Source: Hadesarchaea archaeon (GTDB taxonomy: Archaea; Hadarchaeota; Hadarchaeia; Hadarchaeales; Hadarchaeaceae). From it: a stretch of DNA of 64,000 bases. The notes under the pieces were generated by a model, which worked only from the letters and a program-made list of their open reading frames with translations, did not search any database and was not told where the DNA came from. Made by a program: the position numbers and the translations under genes. Location: NCBI GenBank assembly GCA_029259175.1, contig JAPDJH010000002.1, positions 1 through 64,000 of the forward strand. The letters run 5' to 3'. Positions within the stretch are counted from its first letter, which is position 1; every line of letters starts with the position of its first letter. This document shows positions 28,390-38,435 of this stretch, one piece after another.

Positions 28390-28579
28390 GCCTCCTCAGT
28401 TTTTCATATTATGGTGGGTGAGGGTTTATAAAGGCTGGGAGCAAAAATCGAGGGTACAAATTCTGATTTTGCCTGCCCACGAGTTCCAGCACGCGCTTAT
28501 CCTCTAGTTTGAGTTTCACCACTTGTGAACTTTCTCGTGCCGCCTGAGGAAGCCGAGAACAAAATTGTTATCTCCATCC

Positions 28580-29119
28580 TTACGCTGGCCACACGTGTCC
28601 GTGGCAGTGATCGATTGGAAAGGGGAAGCTGAAAACGATGATCGTGTTGATATTATCAATAGTCCCCGCCCACGAGAGTTCCCTTTCGGACTTGGTGAAG
28701 TCGTAGATGAGATCCAATCCATGAGCATTCAGAAACCAGAGGAGATCGTATGAGTTTTCCGCATATTCCTTGCCGTGAACATCGCATCTCAAAGTCGTCG
28801 TCTTGTTTTCCTCATCGAACTCAACGCTGAAGTTATCGGCAACCACATTGTATTTCTTGTTAAATTGCTCAATTTGGGCGGATTGGAAGCCACTTTGGTT
28901 TTCCATGATTTGGGAGAATTGATTTTCATCCCAGAAGAGAGTTTCCTGATAATGCAGAACCGGTCCATCCGCGACTATCTCGATGTATCTCTCTACGGCG
29001 TTTTCTCCCTGCCAAAGTGGGACTGGCTTTCGTTGGGCAACCCACCAAGCAGAAACACTGATGAGAACAACGCAGATCACTGCAACGATGATAATTTTTC
29101 CAGCCATTTTCACTTTCAC
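28580..29119 (-). CDS. Hypothetical membrane-anchored protein
   Basis: N-terminal TM; C-terminal DHCHGHVW. Confidence 0.7.
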   Translation of the reverse strand: MKVKMAGKIIIVAVICVVLISVSAWWVAQRKPVPLWQGENAVERYIEIVADGPVLHYQETLFWDENQFSQIMENQSGFQSAQIEQFNKKYNVVADNFSVEFDEENKTTTLRCDVHGKEYAENSYDLLWFLNAHGLDLIYDFTKSERELSWAGTIDNINTIIVFSFPFPIDHCHGHVWPA

Positions 29120-29583
29120 ACCTTCCCTTCCAGCCAGCCAATTCTGACATTGTCCTTCTGGTCAAACTTTGGAACGTATGGTTTGATGTCCAAAAGAGGA
29201 GTACCATCAAGCATATCAACGCCTTTCACCTTGAGGATATTTCCTTCACGCTTTAGTAGCTCCACAATCGTGAGCCCTATTGGGTTTGGCCTGTTAGGGG
29301 ATCTCGTGGCGAAAACCCCATGAAGAGCATCGTCTAGGTAAGGTTTTACCAAAAGTCCCAGCGAATCCAAGCGGTGTTCTTTTTTCACAGAGTGCTTCAC
29401 CGGTTTATGGAACTCGTACAGGATTATGAGGTGAGAAAAGCCTTCTATGTCTTTCAGCCCCTCCTCATATTCCTTGAAAACCTCGATCTCCCCAATTTCC
29501 TCTGACACGTAGGCTTGATGGGGTGCCTCTCCGTCCTTTTTGTATGGCGTGTGGATTATTCCTATTGGCTTTAGTTTTATCAT
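29116..29583 (-). CDS. tsaA: TsaA/TrmO-family tRNA m6t6A37 methyltransferase
   Basis: LKPIG, GFSHL, GVFATRSPNRPNPIGL, DGTPLLDIKPY. Confidence 0.92.
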   Translation of the reverse strand: MIKLKPIGIIHTPYKKDGEAPHQAYVSEEIGEIEVFKEYEEGLKDIEGFSHLIILYEFHKPVKHSVKKEHRLDSLGLLVKPYLDDALHGVFATRSPNRPNPIGLTIVELLKREGNILKVKGVDMLDGTPLLDIKPYVPKFDQKDNVRIGWLEGKV

Positions 29584-30227
29584 TCTACCACAAGCCCTGC
29601 CCCACACCTCACGTATTGTTTCGGGAATGCGCGCGCCAACTCCTTTTTGTATACAGTGCAGTGGCAGGGAGAAATCAACCTAAGGCCCTTTAGAGCGTCG
29701 AAATCGCTGAACCCGTGAAAGCCTCCAACGATACCGTATATCTTGCCAATTTTTGATGCTGCGTTTAGGATGCTGCGCACTCCCGGATGAGAGCAGCCCG
29801 TGATCACAAACGCGCCTCTTTTGTCCAGACAAATCAACGACTGCTCTTTAGTGTATGCGCCCAACTCACCTGTCGTGAATATCTCCTTGCGTATCTGTGT
29901 TGGCCCACGGACTTCAACCAACCTCGTTTTTGCTGGGATCTCGTTTTTTAACCACCTAGAAAACGATGCCAAGGCGTACACGGTAAGATTTGGGTTCACC
30001 TCAAGTAGCTCCGATAGCCCACCGGTGTGATCCCCATGCCCGTGCGACAATACGACAGATTTTATGTTGCTCGGATCTATGCCCAATTTTTCCATGTTAT
30101 GCAATAAGGCCACACCATCGCCACCCGTGTCGAACAAGGTGTCGTTGTCGATTAAACAGGAGAAACCCCAGCCCGCTATTAGTCCTTTCTTTAACACTTC
30201 ATTGTCATAAACCACTGTTATTTTCAT
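29580..30227 (-). CDS. MBL-fold metallo-hydrolase (COG1237, short form)
   Basis: WGFSC, FDTG, SHGHGDHTGG, GCSHPG, GGFH, HCT. Confidence 0.9.
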   Translation of the reverse strand: MKITVVYDNEVLKKGLIAGWGFSCLIDNDTLFDTGGDGVALLHNMEKLGIDPSNIKSVVLSHGHGDHTGGLSELLEVNPNLTVYALASFSRWLKNEIPAKTRLVEVRGPTQIRKEIFTTGELGAYTKEQSLICLDKRGAFVITGCSHPGVRSILNAASKIGKIYGIVGGFHGFSDFDALKGLRLISPCHCTVYKKELARAFPKQYVRCGAGLVVE

Positions 30228-30289
30228 CAGTACCAGCTTCCGATTGGGAATCTTCTGTAATTTAATGAGCACAGTTAAGTTTATATGTA

Positions 30290-30311
30290 ATTATGTGCAT
30301 ATGCTAATAAT
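30290..30311. promoter_or_regulatory. Palindromic operator candidate
   Basis: ATTAT-GT-GCATATGC-TA-ATAAT between divergent genes, downstream of a TTTATAT box. Confidence 0.55.
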
Positions 30312-30317
30312 GGAGGA

Positions 30318-30806
30318 ATGGAAGAGATGGCTTACGGTCAAGGGGGTTGGAGAAGGGGAAGAAGAAACATGTATTACCTCACAGGCATGCCGGGATGGAT
30401 GAGGTTTGGATATCCCCCGTGGTGGATGGGCGGTCCAGCAGGAACGCCGGCCGCCCAACCTCTGGTGCAGGCTGGGCAGATACCACAACCTTACTCGACG
30501 CAAGCACCAGCCCAAGGTTCGGTTCCCTCTCACGAGAACTGCGCCAATTACAGGGATGGATTCTGCACGTTATATGGCATCCCTATAGATCCCAACACTC
30601 CTGTGTGTCCAAACTTTACGCCGAAGAATATCTCTTCAACACCACCAATGCCATCAACCTCACCCTCGTTCCAAGTCCCTGTTGGTTTTCCTCAAGCACA
30701 AATGTCCAAAGACCAAGAAGTCCAGATGTTGGAAAGTCAGGCGAGAATGGTGGAGCAACAGCTCGAGCTGATCAAGAAAAGGCTTGAAGAACTCAAAAGG
30801 AGGTGA
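30318..30806 (+). CDS. DUF5320-family protein with inserted Cys motif
   Basis: GRRNMYYLTGMPGWMRFG; CANY..GFC...CPNF; C-terminal coiled coil LESQA...IKKRLEEL. Confidence 0.8.
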   Translation: MEEMAYGQGGWRRGRRNMYYLTGMPGWMRFGYPPWWMGGPAGTPAAQPLVQAGQIPQPYSTQAPAQGSVPSHENCANYRDGFCTLYGIPIDPNTPVCPNFTPKNISSTPPMPSTSPSFQVPVGFPQAQMSKDQEVQMLESQARMVEQQLELIKKRLEELKRR

Positions 30807-30811
30807 GATAG

Positions 30812-31228
30812 ATGCCGTTTGGAATGGGCCCCTATGGCTGGATGGGAATGTACGGGTATCCATACTGGGGGTGGAGATGCAGGTGGTTCCCGTGGTTGCC
30901 CAGATGGTGGTGGACTGGAATATACGGTCCCATCACACCTTTCACGGGAGCACCATGGATGCCTTACAGCTCATATAGCTCCTACGCTCTAACGACTACA
31001 CCATGGACAGCCTTCTATGCGCCCTACTACGCATCCTCCTACAGCCCGTATGCACCGCCAATCGCGGCAATGCCGAACGTGGCGTACCCGTTCCCATATC
31101 TAGCCGGTGCAGAGGCTCCCCAAATTCCGAGGGAACAGGAAATAGAGATGCTCGAGAGCCAAGCAGCAGCGCTCCAGCAGCAATTGGATCAGATCAAGAA
31201 GAGGCTTGAGGAGCTCGGCAGAATATAG
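30812..31228 (+). CDS. DUF5320-family protein (Trp/Tyr/Pro-rich)
   Basis: RCRWFPWLPRWWW; EQEIEMLESQA...IKKRLEEL. Confidence 0.8.
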   Translation: MPFGMGPYGWMGMYGYPYWGWRCRWFPWLPRWWWTGIYGPITPFTGAPWMPYSSYSSYALTTTPWTAFYAPYYASSYSPYAPPIAAMPNVAYPFPYLAGAEAPQIPREQEIEMLESQAAALQQQLDQIKKRLEELGRI

Positions 31229-31353
31229 GACTCAACGGTCGGCGCTGTTCAGGTCGCTCTTTCTCATCCCAAATCCGGCTGGTTGGGCTAGGAGATGTCA
31301 TTGTTTAAATTCTTGAGTCGATAGGGGGTTAGAGAAGAGGAGGCAAGGCTAAA

Positions 31354-32721
31354 ATGAAAATCTTACTTCTTTCTCCTCCAACCACGAGTGCGGTAAAAGC
31401 AGTTGTGGGAACAACGGGTCCGCCTCTCGGTTTGGCTTATCTAGCATCCATGGTGAGAGAAGAGCATGAGGTACGTATAGTCGATTCGCTTGCCGAGGGC
31501 TATGATCACGGAGATGTGAAAAGAATAATGAAAGGGTACGATCCCGATGTGGTTGGAATAACTGCAACCACCTCGATGATGCCCGATGCCTATCGAGTCG
31601 CGAGAATGGCGAAAAGGCTCAATGAAAACGTAAAAGTAGTAATGGGTGGCCCTCATGCGACATTTTTGCCAGAAAGAACCTTTAGAGAATGTCCTTATTT
31701 GGACTTCATAGTGAGAGGAGAAGGGGAAGTCACTTTCAAGGAACTTGTTGATGCTTTAGAGGAAAATAAGAACCCTTCCAACATTTTGGGTCTGAGTATA
31801 AACATGGATGGCAAAGTAAAGAACAATCCCTCGCGACCCCTTATAGAAAACCTCGACACAATTCCTATGCCTTCTTACGATTTGCTCCCCATGGAAAAGT
31901 ATCAAGTTGACGGAGTTAGATTCGGAACTTTGATGACGAGTAGAGGCTGCCCGTTCAGGTGTGTATTCTGCTCATCTTCTCTTCTATTCGGTAACAGATG
32001 GAGAGGGCATAGCGATTCGAGGGTGATTGAGGAGCTGAAATATCTTCGGGAAGAATACAAGATTCAGGAGATAGAGTTCTTGGACGATACCTTTACTTTA
32101 AATAAGAGAAGAGCACTGAGAATAGCTAAAAGGATTGTAAAAGAAGGGCTCGATGTTTCGTGGTCTGCCTCCTCGAGGGTCGACCTGTTCACGGATGAAG
32201 TTGCTGAAGCTATGAAAAGAGGCGGATGCCACACAATATATTTCGGCATTGAATCCGGTTCCTCAAAGACCCTCGAGTTCATCGACAAGAGGATAACTCC
32301 TGAGCAATCGATTTCTGCAGTGAAGAAAGCAAAAAAGCATAAACTCCAAGCCTTAGGAGCATTCATTATAGGATTTCCTGAGGAGAGTAGAGAAGACGTA
32401 GAGAAAACGATAAAATTTTCAAAAAAGGTGGGTGTGGATTACGCACAGTTCACCATAGCCACACCCTATCCGGGAACGAGGTTATGGGATTATGCTTTGT
32501 CTAAGAAACTTATACGGACTTTTGATTGGAAAAAGTACACCACATTGGATCCGGTGATGAGATTGAAAAATTTCACCACCAAGCAAATAAGGAAGCTCTT
32601 TCGGAAGACATACGTGAGCTTCTACCTGCGCCCGTCCTATGTGATTAAAGACCTGATTTTAAGAAAAGGTTTTACGTTTAGAAGGGCTATTTCAGGAATC
32701 ATAAAATGGTTTAATCGATAA
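31354..32721 (+). CDS. Cobalamin-binding radical SAM protein
   Basis: PPLGLAYLA, GGPHAT, GEGE, SRGCPFRCVFC, GIESG, TPYPGT. Confidence 0.93.
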   Translation: MKILLLSPPTTSAVKAVVGTTGPPLGLAYLASMVREEHEVRIVDSLAEGYDHGDVKRIMKGYDPDVVGITATTSMMPDAYRVARMAKRLNENVKVVMGGPHATFLPERTFRECPYLDFIVRGEGEVTFKELVDALEENKNPSNILGLSINMDGKVKNNPSRPLIENLDTIPMPSYDLLPMEKYQVDGVRFGTLMTSRGCPFRCVFCSSSLLFGNRWRGHSDSRVIEELKYLREEYKIQEIEFLDDTFTLNKRRALRIAKRIVKEGLDVSWSASSRVDLFTDEVAEAMKRGGCHTIYFGIESGSSKTLEFIDKRITPEQSISAVKKAKKHKLQALGAFIIGFPEESREDVEKTIKFSKKVGVDYAQFTIATPYPGTRLWDYALSKKLIRTFDWKKYTTLDPVMRLKNFTTKQIRKLFRKTYVSFYLRPSYVIKDLILRKGFTFRRAISGIIKWFNR

Positions 32722-32871
32722 ACTGGGCTTCAAATCGAGTCTTCAGCGCAAGCGCAGATAGAGGCAAATACAGACTGGAACAATGAATTTTGCCACTCAT
32801 GTGAGGTTCTCTTAAATCGACCAAGCGCATATTTATTTTGTGCAATCGCTGAAAAGAAATTCTGAGCGAGT

Positions 32872-33708
32872 GTGAGGCGAGTGGAAGAAAAGATGAGGGA
32901 GATGCAGGAGCTGGAAAGGCGCATCAAAGCACGGATGGCGAAAATCAAGCATAAGCTGGCGATCCTGAGCGGGAAAGGGGGCGTAGGGAAAAGCACCATC
33001 GCCGCGAACTTGGCAGTAGGGCTGGCACAGCGCGGATGCAAGGTTGGCATCTTGGACGCGGATATCCACGGGCCGAGCATACCGAAGATCCTTGATTTGG
33101 AGAATCGAGAGGTAGCTGTTGGACCGAATGGCATGCTTCCGCTTGCCGGGCCTTTTGGGACAAAAGTTTTCTCAATTGAGTTTCTGCTCGATAGCAGGGA
33201 GACTCCAGTTATCTGGCGAGGTCCTCTAAAAATGCGGGCGCTTCAACAGTTTCTGGCAGATGTGGAGTGGGGAGAACTCGACTGTTTTATAGTTGACCTG
33301 CCTCCCGGAACGGGCGATGAACCACTAAGTATAATGCAGCTGATTCCTAGCATAAGCGGGGTCGTGATAGTCACCGTACCGTCGGAGGTTTCGCAGATAG
33401 TGGTGAAAAAAGCGATTACCTTCGTGAGGACGGTCAACGCGCCCCTGATCGGAGTGATTGAAAACATGAGCGGATTCGTGTGTCCGAATTGCGGTTCTGA
33501 GTTCAACATTTTGGGAGCTGGAGGGGGAAGAAAAATCTCTGAAGAAATGGGCGTTCGATTTCTGGGAAGAATTCCGATAGATCCGAATGTGTGTGAGGAC
33601 TCGGACAGAGGCGTTCCCTTCATAATCGGACATCCAGACTCGCCCGCCACCAAGGCCTTTTACCAAATAGTGGAAAAGATAGAAGAACTCTTGGACAAGG
33701 AGAGGTGA
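32872..33708 (+). CDS. apbC: Mrp/NBP35 (ApbC) Fe-S cluster carrier ATPase
   Basis: SGKGGVGKS, DADIHGPS, WRGP, DLPPGTGD, ENMS..CPNC. Confidence 0.95.
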   Translation: MRRVEEKMREMQELERRIKARMAKIKHKLAILSGKGGVGKSTIAANLAVGLAQRGCKVGILDADIHGPSIPKILDLENREVAVGPNGMLPLAGPFGTKVFSIEFLLDSRETPVIWRGPLKMRALQQFLADVEWGELDCFIVDLPPGTGDEPLSIMQLIPSISGVVIVTVPSEVSQIVVKKAITFVRTVNAPLIGVIENMSGFVCPNCGSEFNILGAGGGRKISEEMGVRFLGRIPIDPNVCEDSDRGVPFIIGHPDSPATKAFYQIVEKIEELLDKER

Positions 33709-33719
33709 GGGGAGCGTTC

Positions 33720-34307
33720 ATGGTCAGCTGTGCTTTCTGTGAGAAAAAATCTTGCGCGAGGGGCGAGCCGTGTCCGGTTGGTCTGCCGCTGAAGAAACAT
33801 GCTGTGGGAGAATATCGAAAGAGAGCGAATTCGAGGCTTTACCGGAAGTCAAGCGCGCTTGAAATAGAAGGGTACATGAAGTACCCGCGGGTGCGTGAGC
33901 TGATCGAGCTGGCGAAGGACATGGGATGGAAGAAGCTAGGAATAGCTTTCTGCATCGGGCTCTCGGAGGAAGCGAGGAAACTTCAGGAAGTTTTGGAAAC
34001 CCACGGGTTTGAGGTTCACTCGGTGGTGTGCAAGGTTGGAAGTGTTAAAAAACGCGAACTGGGCGTCTCCCGGAGGGATGATGAGACCGCGTGCAACCCG
34101 ATTCTGCAGGCAATGGTTCTCAACCAGGTGAAAACCGACCTCAACATCATTGTGGGGCTCTGCTTGGGACATGACATTCTCTTCCAACGATACTCGGAAG
34201 CGCCCACCACAACGCTCGTGGTCAAGGACAGAGTGCTGGCTCACAATCCGCTCGGAGCCCTCTACTCTAGGTATCATCTCAAGAAACTGATGGGGAGGAA
34301 AAGTTGA
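33720..34307 (+). CDS. DUF1847 putative metal-binding protein
   Basis: GIAFCIGL, VCKVG, CNPILQA, GLCLGHD, KDRVLAHNP. Confidence 0.9.
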   Translation: MVSCAFCEKKSCARGEPCPVGLPLKKHAVGEYRKRANSRLYRKSSALEIEGYMKYPRVRELIELAKDMGWKKLGIAFCIGLSEEARKLQEVLETHGFEVHSVVCKVGSVKKRELGVSRRDDETACNPILQAMVLNQVKTDLNIIVGLCLGHDILFQRYSEAPTTTLVVKDRVLAHNPLGALYSRYHLKKLMGRKS

Positions 34308-35074
34308 GGTTCTCGGTGGTTTACGGTCCTGTTTCTTCGTGGAGGCTCGGCAGGTCCCTCGGCGTGGATCCGATATGCGCGGCCGAGAAGGTCTGCTCCT
34401 TCGATTGCGTTTACTGCTCCCTTGGCCGGACCACCGAGAAAATTATTGAGCGCAAGATATTCGTTCCGACCGAGGCTGTGGAAAAATCGCTCGGGAAGGT
34501 TCTGCCCAAAGTCAAGCCCGATGTGATAACCTTCTCCGGAACCGGCGAACCAACGCTGGCGAAAAACTTGGGCGAGATGATAGAAAGCGTCAGGCGGCTC
34601 TCAAAGCTTCCCATTGCTGTTCTCACAAACTCTTCTCTCCAGTTCAAAAAGGAAGTCAGGCGGGATCTCGTGAAAGCGGACATCGTTAAGGGAAAACTGG
34701 ACGCGTCAAACGCAGAGCTTTTTGCTCGGGTGAACCGGCCGCACAAGGGAATCGCGTTTTGGAAAGTTTTGAAGGGCTTGAAAAGGTTTCGAAACGAGTT
34801 CGCAGGAAAGTTTGCCTTGGAAGTGATGTTTGTTCCTCACAACAAGGAGCTTGCGGCCGACATCGCAGAGATGGTCAAAGAGATAGAACCAGATGAGGTT
34901 CATATCAACACGCCACTGCGGCCGAGCCCCGTAGCCCCGCTCAGCCGGGCGGAGCTGGAGGAGGTGGAAAAGAGCTTCCGCGGGCTCAACTACATATCAG
35001 TTTACAAGACCAAAAAACCTCCCAAGATTTCGAGAGTGATTGGGAAGGAGAAAATAAAGCGGCTTAAGCGGTGA
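34304..35074 (+). CDS. Radical SAM protein (COG0731-type, paralog 2)
   Basis: YGPVSSWRLGRSLG, CSFDCVYC, GEPTL. Confidence 0.9.
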   Translation: MRFSVVYGPVSSWRLGRSLGVDPICAAEKVCSFDCVYCSLGRTTEKIIERKIFVPTEAVEKSLGKVLPKVKPDVITFSGTGEPTLAKNLGEMIESVRRLSKLPIAVLTNSSLQFKKEVRRDLVKADIVKGKLDASNAELFARVNRPHKGIAFWKVLKGLKRFRNEFAGKFALEVMFVPHNKELAADIAEMVKEIEPDEVHINTPLRPSPVAPLSRAELEEVEKSFRGLNYISVYKTKKPPKISRVIGKEKIKRLKR

Positions 35075-35310
35075 GGGTGTAAAATGAAGATACAACTTGC
35101 TCACGTTCTGATTTTATTGTTGCGTGTATAGGAACAAGGTTTGCTTTGGAACCGCTTTGGATGTTTCATCACGATTCCGTTCAGTTCTGGGTTTTGACAT
35201 CAATTGAGATCGGTGCTAAAATCGCAATCCTCATTGCTTAGGGAACGATAGAACGCTAAATACGTATCACTAATCAAAGAAAAAAGGAATTCATTACAAA
35301 GGTGAACTGA

Positions 35311-35541
35311 CTATTTCAAAAGCCGCTTTATCTCTTCCACGGTCGGAACCCTTCCTGCCACTTTGACCTTTCCGTCCACCACAAGTGCAGGCGTTGAAAC
35401 TATTCCTCTCCTTGCTATTTCGACGGCGTCGTATACGTGGGACACTTCCGCCTTTATTCCCAGCTCCTTCACTGCCTTTCTGGCGTTCTCTTCCATTTTC
35501 CTGCACTTGGGGCAACCTATTCCTAATACCTCTATTTTCAT
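35311..35541 (-). CDS. Small redox-active disulfide protein (MTH895-like thioredoxin family)
   Basis: IEVLGIGCPKC, TPALVVDG. Confidence 0.92.
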   Translation of the reverse strand: MKIEVLGIGCPKCRKMEENARKAVKELGIKAEVSHVYDAVEIARRGIVSTPALVVDGKVKVAGRVPTVEEIKRLLK

Positions 35542-35915
35542 GTTCTCACCTCCGGTCTGTATTTTTTAAAGTGTTTGACGATGCTCTTCCCAAAAGGGGT
35601 GAGAGAATATATGAAGTAATTCCCCAAACGCTCGGAGTGCACGAGGCCACCCTTCTTGAGTTTGGAAAGATGGTATGAGCATCTGGAATAAGAGCTCCCA
35701 ATCACTTTTCTCAACATGCAGACGCACATCCGTTGACGTTTCAATGCATAAAGGATCTTCACCCGCTGGGGGTCCGAGAGAGTGTTCATAACCTTGGCCA
35801 CCATCCTTATCTCATCTCGAGGAAGCTCCTTGATGATTCGCTCGAACCCTCCTTTTTCCTCGACTTCCACCCTGATTTCTTCAGGAATCACGAATCTCTT
35901 TTTCACTCCCGCCAT
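35538..35915 (-). CDS. ArsR/SmtB regulator
   Basis: LSDPQRVKIL, MCVC, SYHLSKLK. Confidence 0.9.
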   Translation of the reverse strand: MAGVKKRFVIPEEIRVEVEEKGGFERIIKELPRDEIRMVAKVMNTLSDPQRVKILYALKRQRMCVCMLRKVIGSSYSRCSYHLSKLKKGGLVHSERLGNYFIYSLTPFGKSIVKHFKKYRPEVRT

Positions 35916-36926
35916 CTACAACCCCCCCAGCGCTAAGAAACACAAACCAGATATTATCGCCACGATCACCGCAAGAAACGCATACGTACCGACGACTCTC
36001 CATCCCACGATACGTGAAACCCCTAGCATAGAGGGAATGGAGGCCATGGGAGCACCTATCAGGAAAGCCAGGGCGGCAGCAGGGGTCATCCCTAAATCCA
36101 AGAGGGACTTGACAAAAAATACCTCTACTAGTGTGGGCGTGTAGGTGGGAACCCCTAAGGCTCCTCCCAGCACTACTCCTTTGGTTCCAGTCAACCATCT
36201 TGCCACCACATCCTCGGGGAGGTAAGCCTCGATGTAGGAGACGAAGAACACCCCTGCCAACAAATAAGGAATGACTCGCTTAGTGAGATCCCAAGCCACC
36301 CTTCCTGCTTCCCAGCACTTTTCCTCGAACCCCATCCGTCCGATTTCCACTGCGCGCTCGGAGGCCGTCTTCCCGAACTTTTCCTCTATACTTCGACCCC
36401 ACGGGGTTCGGGCCACCGCTGCTCCGATAATGATCGCACCAACGAACGAGAATATCAATCTTGCGAGTGCGAGCTTGACGGATATTATCTCAGAAGTAAA
36501 GATTAGCGCCATGACGTTTGCAGCAGGTGCCATCAGTAAGAAAGATATTGCAGGACCTATGCCCGCTCCCGCCATCATTATCCCACCAAAGATTGGTATC
36601 ATTGCACACGAACAAACGGTAAACACAGGTGCCAAAGCCGCAGCGAGAAAATAGTTCTTTATTTTTTTGCTCGAGAAATGCTGCATCATTTTCTCTTTTG
36701 GGATGAAGGCTGAGAAGAATCCTCCGAGCATGAAAGCAAAAAGTAATGCTCCCCACGCACGAGTCATGTAGCTGAAAGTGTAAACAAGAGGAACCTCCCA
36801 CACAGGATAGTTGTCTAGGTCTTCATACACGAAGACTGGTGTTAGGGTAGAGCCAGTGACTTTGGGATACACGATGATAACAAGTCCGAGAAGCAACAGG
36901 CCTATTGTTAAGAGTGCTTTCTTCAT
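35916..36926 (-). CDS. Permease (DUF318/ArsP family)
   Basis: VCSCAMIP, FLLMAP, multiple TM segments. Confidence 0.88.
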   Translation of the reverse strand: MKKALLTIGLLLLGLVIIVYPKVTGSTLTPVFVYEDLDNYPVWEVPLVYTFSYMTRAWGALLFAFMLGGFFSAFIPKEKMMQHFSSKKIKNYFLAAALAPVFTVCSCAMIPIFGGIMMAGAGIGPAISFLLMAPAANVMALIFTSEIISVKLALARLIFSFVGAIIIGAAVARTPWGRSIEEKFGKTASERAVEIGRMGFEEKCWEAGRVAWDLTKRVIPYLLAGVFFVSYIEAYLPEDVVARWLTGTKGVVLGGALGVPTYTPTLVEVFFVKSLLDLGMTPAAALAFLIGAPMASIPSMLGVSRIVGWRVVGTYAFLAVIVAIISGLCFLALGGL

Positions 36927-36936
36927 TTTTCTCAAG

Positions 36937-36958
36937 TATTTAAAAAATTTTTGAAATA
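36937..36958. promoter_or_regulatory. Probable ArsR operator
   Basis: Near-perfect palindrome TATTTAAAAAA/TTTTTGAAATA just upstream of the permease-arsR-trx operon. Confidence 0.55.
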
Positions 36959-36992
36959 TTTAAATCTTTTGGGATAGGGGAAGAGCTGCTCA

Positions 36993-37604
36993 TCATCTTT
37001 TGCTCCCTTTGATGACGTACAGAGCTGCCCAGTCTTTTTTATCGGTTGTGAAAACATCTTCTCCACGAATTCCCAAAAAGTATTCAGCTTTTGTGTGAAA
37101 ATGTTTAAAAACAAGGTTTTCAATTTCTTTCAAATTCCTATGCCGGATTTTCCTGAAGTAGGAACCTCTCCTTTTCACACGGGTTTTGAAATATTTTGAC
37201 TCCGGATTCAACAGCATGAGGATAAATTTGCCACTGGGCGTGAGAACTCTTGCCACTTCCTCCACCGCCTTCTTAGGATTTTTCAGAAACTCCAGAGTTG
37301 TGACCATAAAGGCCCCATCGAACGAGCTGTTGCGAAAAGGGAGTTCTTCCGCGCTTCCAATAACGAAATGTTTGTTGCTCCGCTTTTTCGCCTCTCTCAG
37401 CATCGCTTCTGAGATATCGAGACCGAAAACATTCAATTCAGGTAGCGCCTGTTCGAAAACGCCGATACCGCATCCGATGTCGAGAATCTTGTTTCGCCCT
37501 TTCAGTTCCTTTCGTAGATATCTCACTTCTCGTTGTAACACCCGCTTTCCGAATCTACTCTCGTAGAACTTTTTGAACTTCCCAACTTCATTGAAGCTTG
37601 TCAA
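36993..37604 (-). CDS. Class I SAM-dependent methyltransferase
   Basis: ILDIGCGIG, GLDISEAML, AEELPF..SFD. Confidence 0.9.
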   Translation of the reverse strand: MTSFNEVGKFKKFYESRFGKRVLQREVRYLRKELKGRNKILDIGCGIGVFEQALPELNVFGLDISEAMLREAKKRSNKHFVIGSAEELPFRNSSFDGAFMVTTLEFLKNPKKAVEEVARVLTPSGKFILMLLNPESKYFKTRVKRRGSYFRKIRHRNLKEIENLVFKHFHTKAEYFLGIRGEDVFTTDKKDWAALYVIKGSKR

Positions 37605-37706
37605 ACCCGTCTCCCGGTTTAATCAGCAGGTAAATCATATATAAACCGTGCAAATGAACATAAAATAAAGATTTCAGGAAAATGGGTGTGTTGTGGGTGT
37701 GCAAAA

Positions 37707-38018
37707 ATGGCGGTGATGGAAATCAGTGTGATCCCAATGGGAACCTCTGCCTCGGTGAGCGGTTTTGTCGCCGGGGCAGTTGAGCTCATCAAAAAAAGCG
37801 GGTTGCGATATCGGCTCACCGCCATGGGGACGATCGTGGAGGGAGAGGTCGACCAGCTTTTGAAGCTCGCGGGAGAGGTTCACAAAAATGTGCTGGATCG
37901 AGGTGCCCCCCGCGTGGTCACTCTAATCAAACTGGACGACCGGAAAGACAAACCTCTGTCTGCTGAGGGAAAAATTCGGTCCGTGCAATCCAAGCTGGAG
38001 GGATTGAATGCGGGCTGA
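37707..38018 (+). CDS. MTH1187/YkoF thiamine-binding-family protein
   Basis: ISVIPMGT..SVS, LTAMGTIVEG, RVVTLIKLDDR. Confidence 0.9.
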   Translation: MAVMEISVIPMGTSASVSGFVAGAVELIKKSGLRYRLTAMGTIVEGEVDQLLKLAGEVHKNVLDRGAPRVVTLIKLDDRKDKPLSAEGKIRSVQSKLEGLNAG

Positions 38019-38430
38019 GGTTCGCCACGTGGCTGGCCTAAGCTTTGTGGGGAAAGCCGATTCCAACCACTGGGTCGCGATGGACGGACCCACCGCTTGG
38101 GGGGGCGCGGAAGCCGGGTCAAAACCCATGGAACTTATCTTGATAGCCTTGGGTGGATGCACAGGAATGGATGTGGTGAGCCTTCTCAAAAAAATGAGGG
38201 TGGCGTTCAGTGATTTCAAAGTAGAAATCTCCGCCGAAAAGAAAGAAGAGCATCCAAAAACGTTTACCAAAGTTCACATCAGATACGTCATCAAGAGCAC
38301 CGCTCCCAAGCAGAAAATAGAGAAAGCTGTCGAGCTCTCACAGAAAAGATACTGTCCGGTTTCTGCGATTCTCCGACAGTCAGCTGAAGTTACCTATGAA
38401 ATTGTTGTGTTGCCGCCGGGAGAAGGCTGA
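38008..38430 (+). CDS. OsmC-family protein
   Basis: PMELILIALGGCTGMDV, YCPVS. Confidence 0.92.
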   Translation: MRAEVRHVAGLSFVGKADSNHWVAMDGPTAWGGAEAGSKPMELILIALGGCTGMDVVSLLKKMRVAFSDFKVEISAEKKEEHPKTFTKVHIRYVIKSTAPKQKIEKAVELSQKRYCPVSAILRQSAEVTYEIVVLPPGEG

Positions 38431-38435
38431 GGAAG

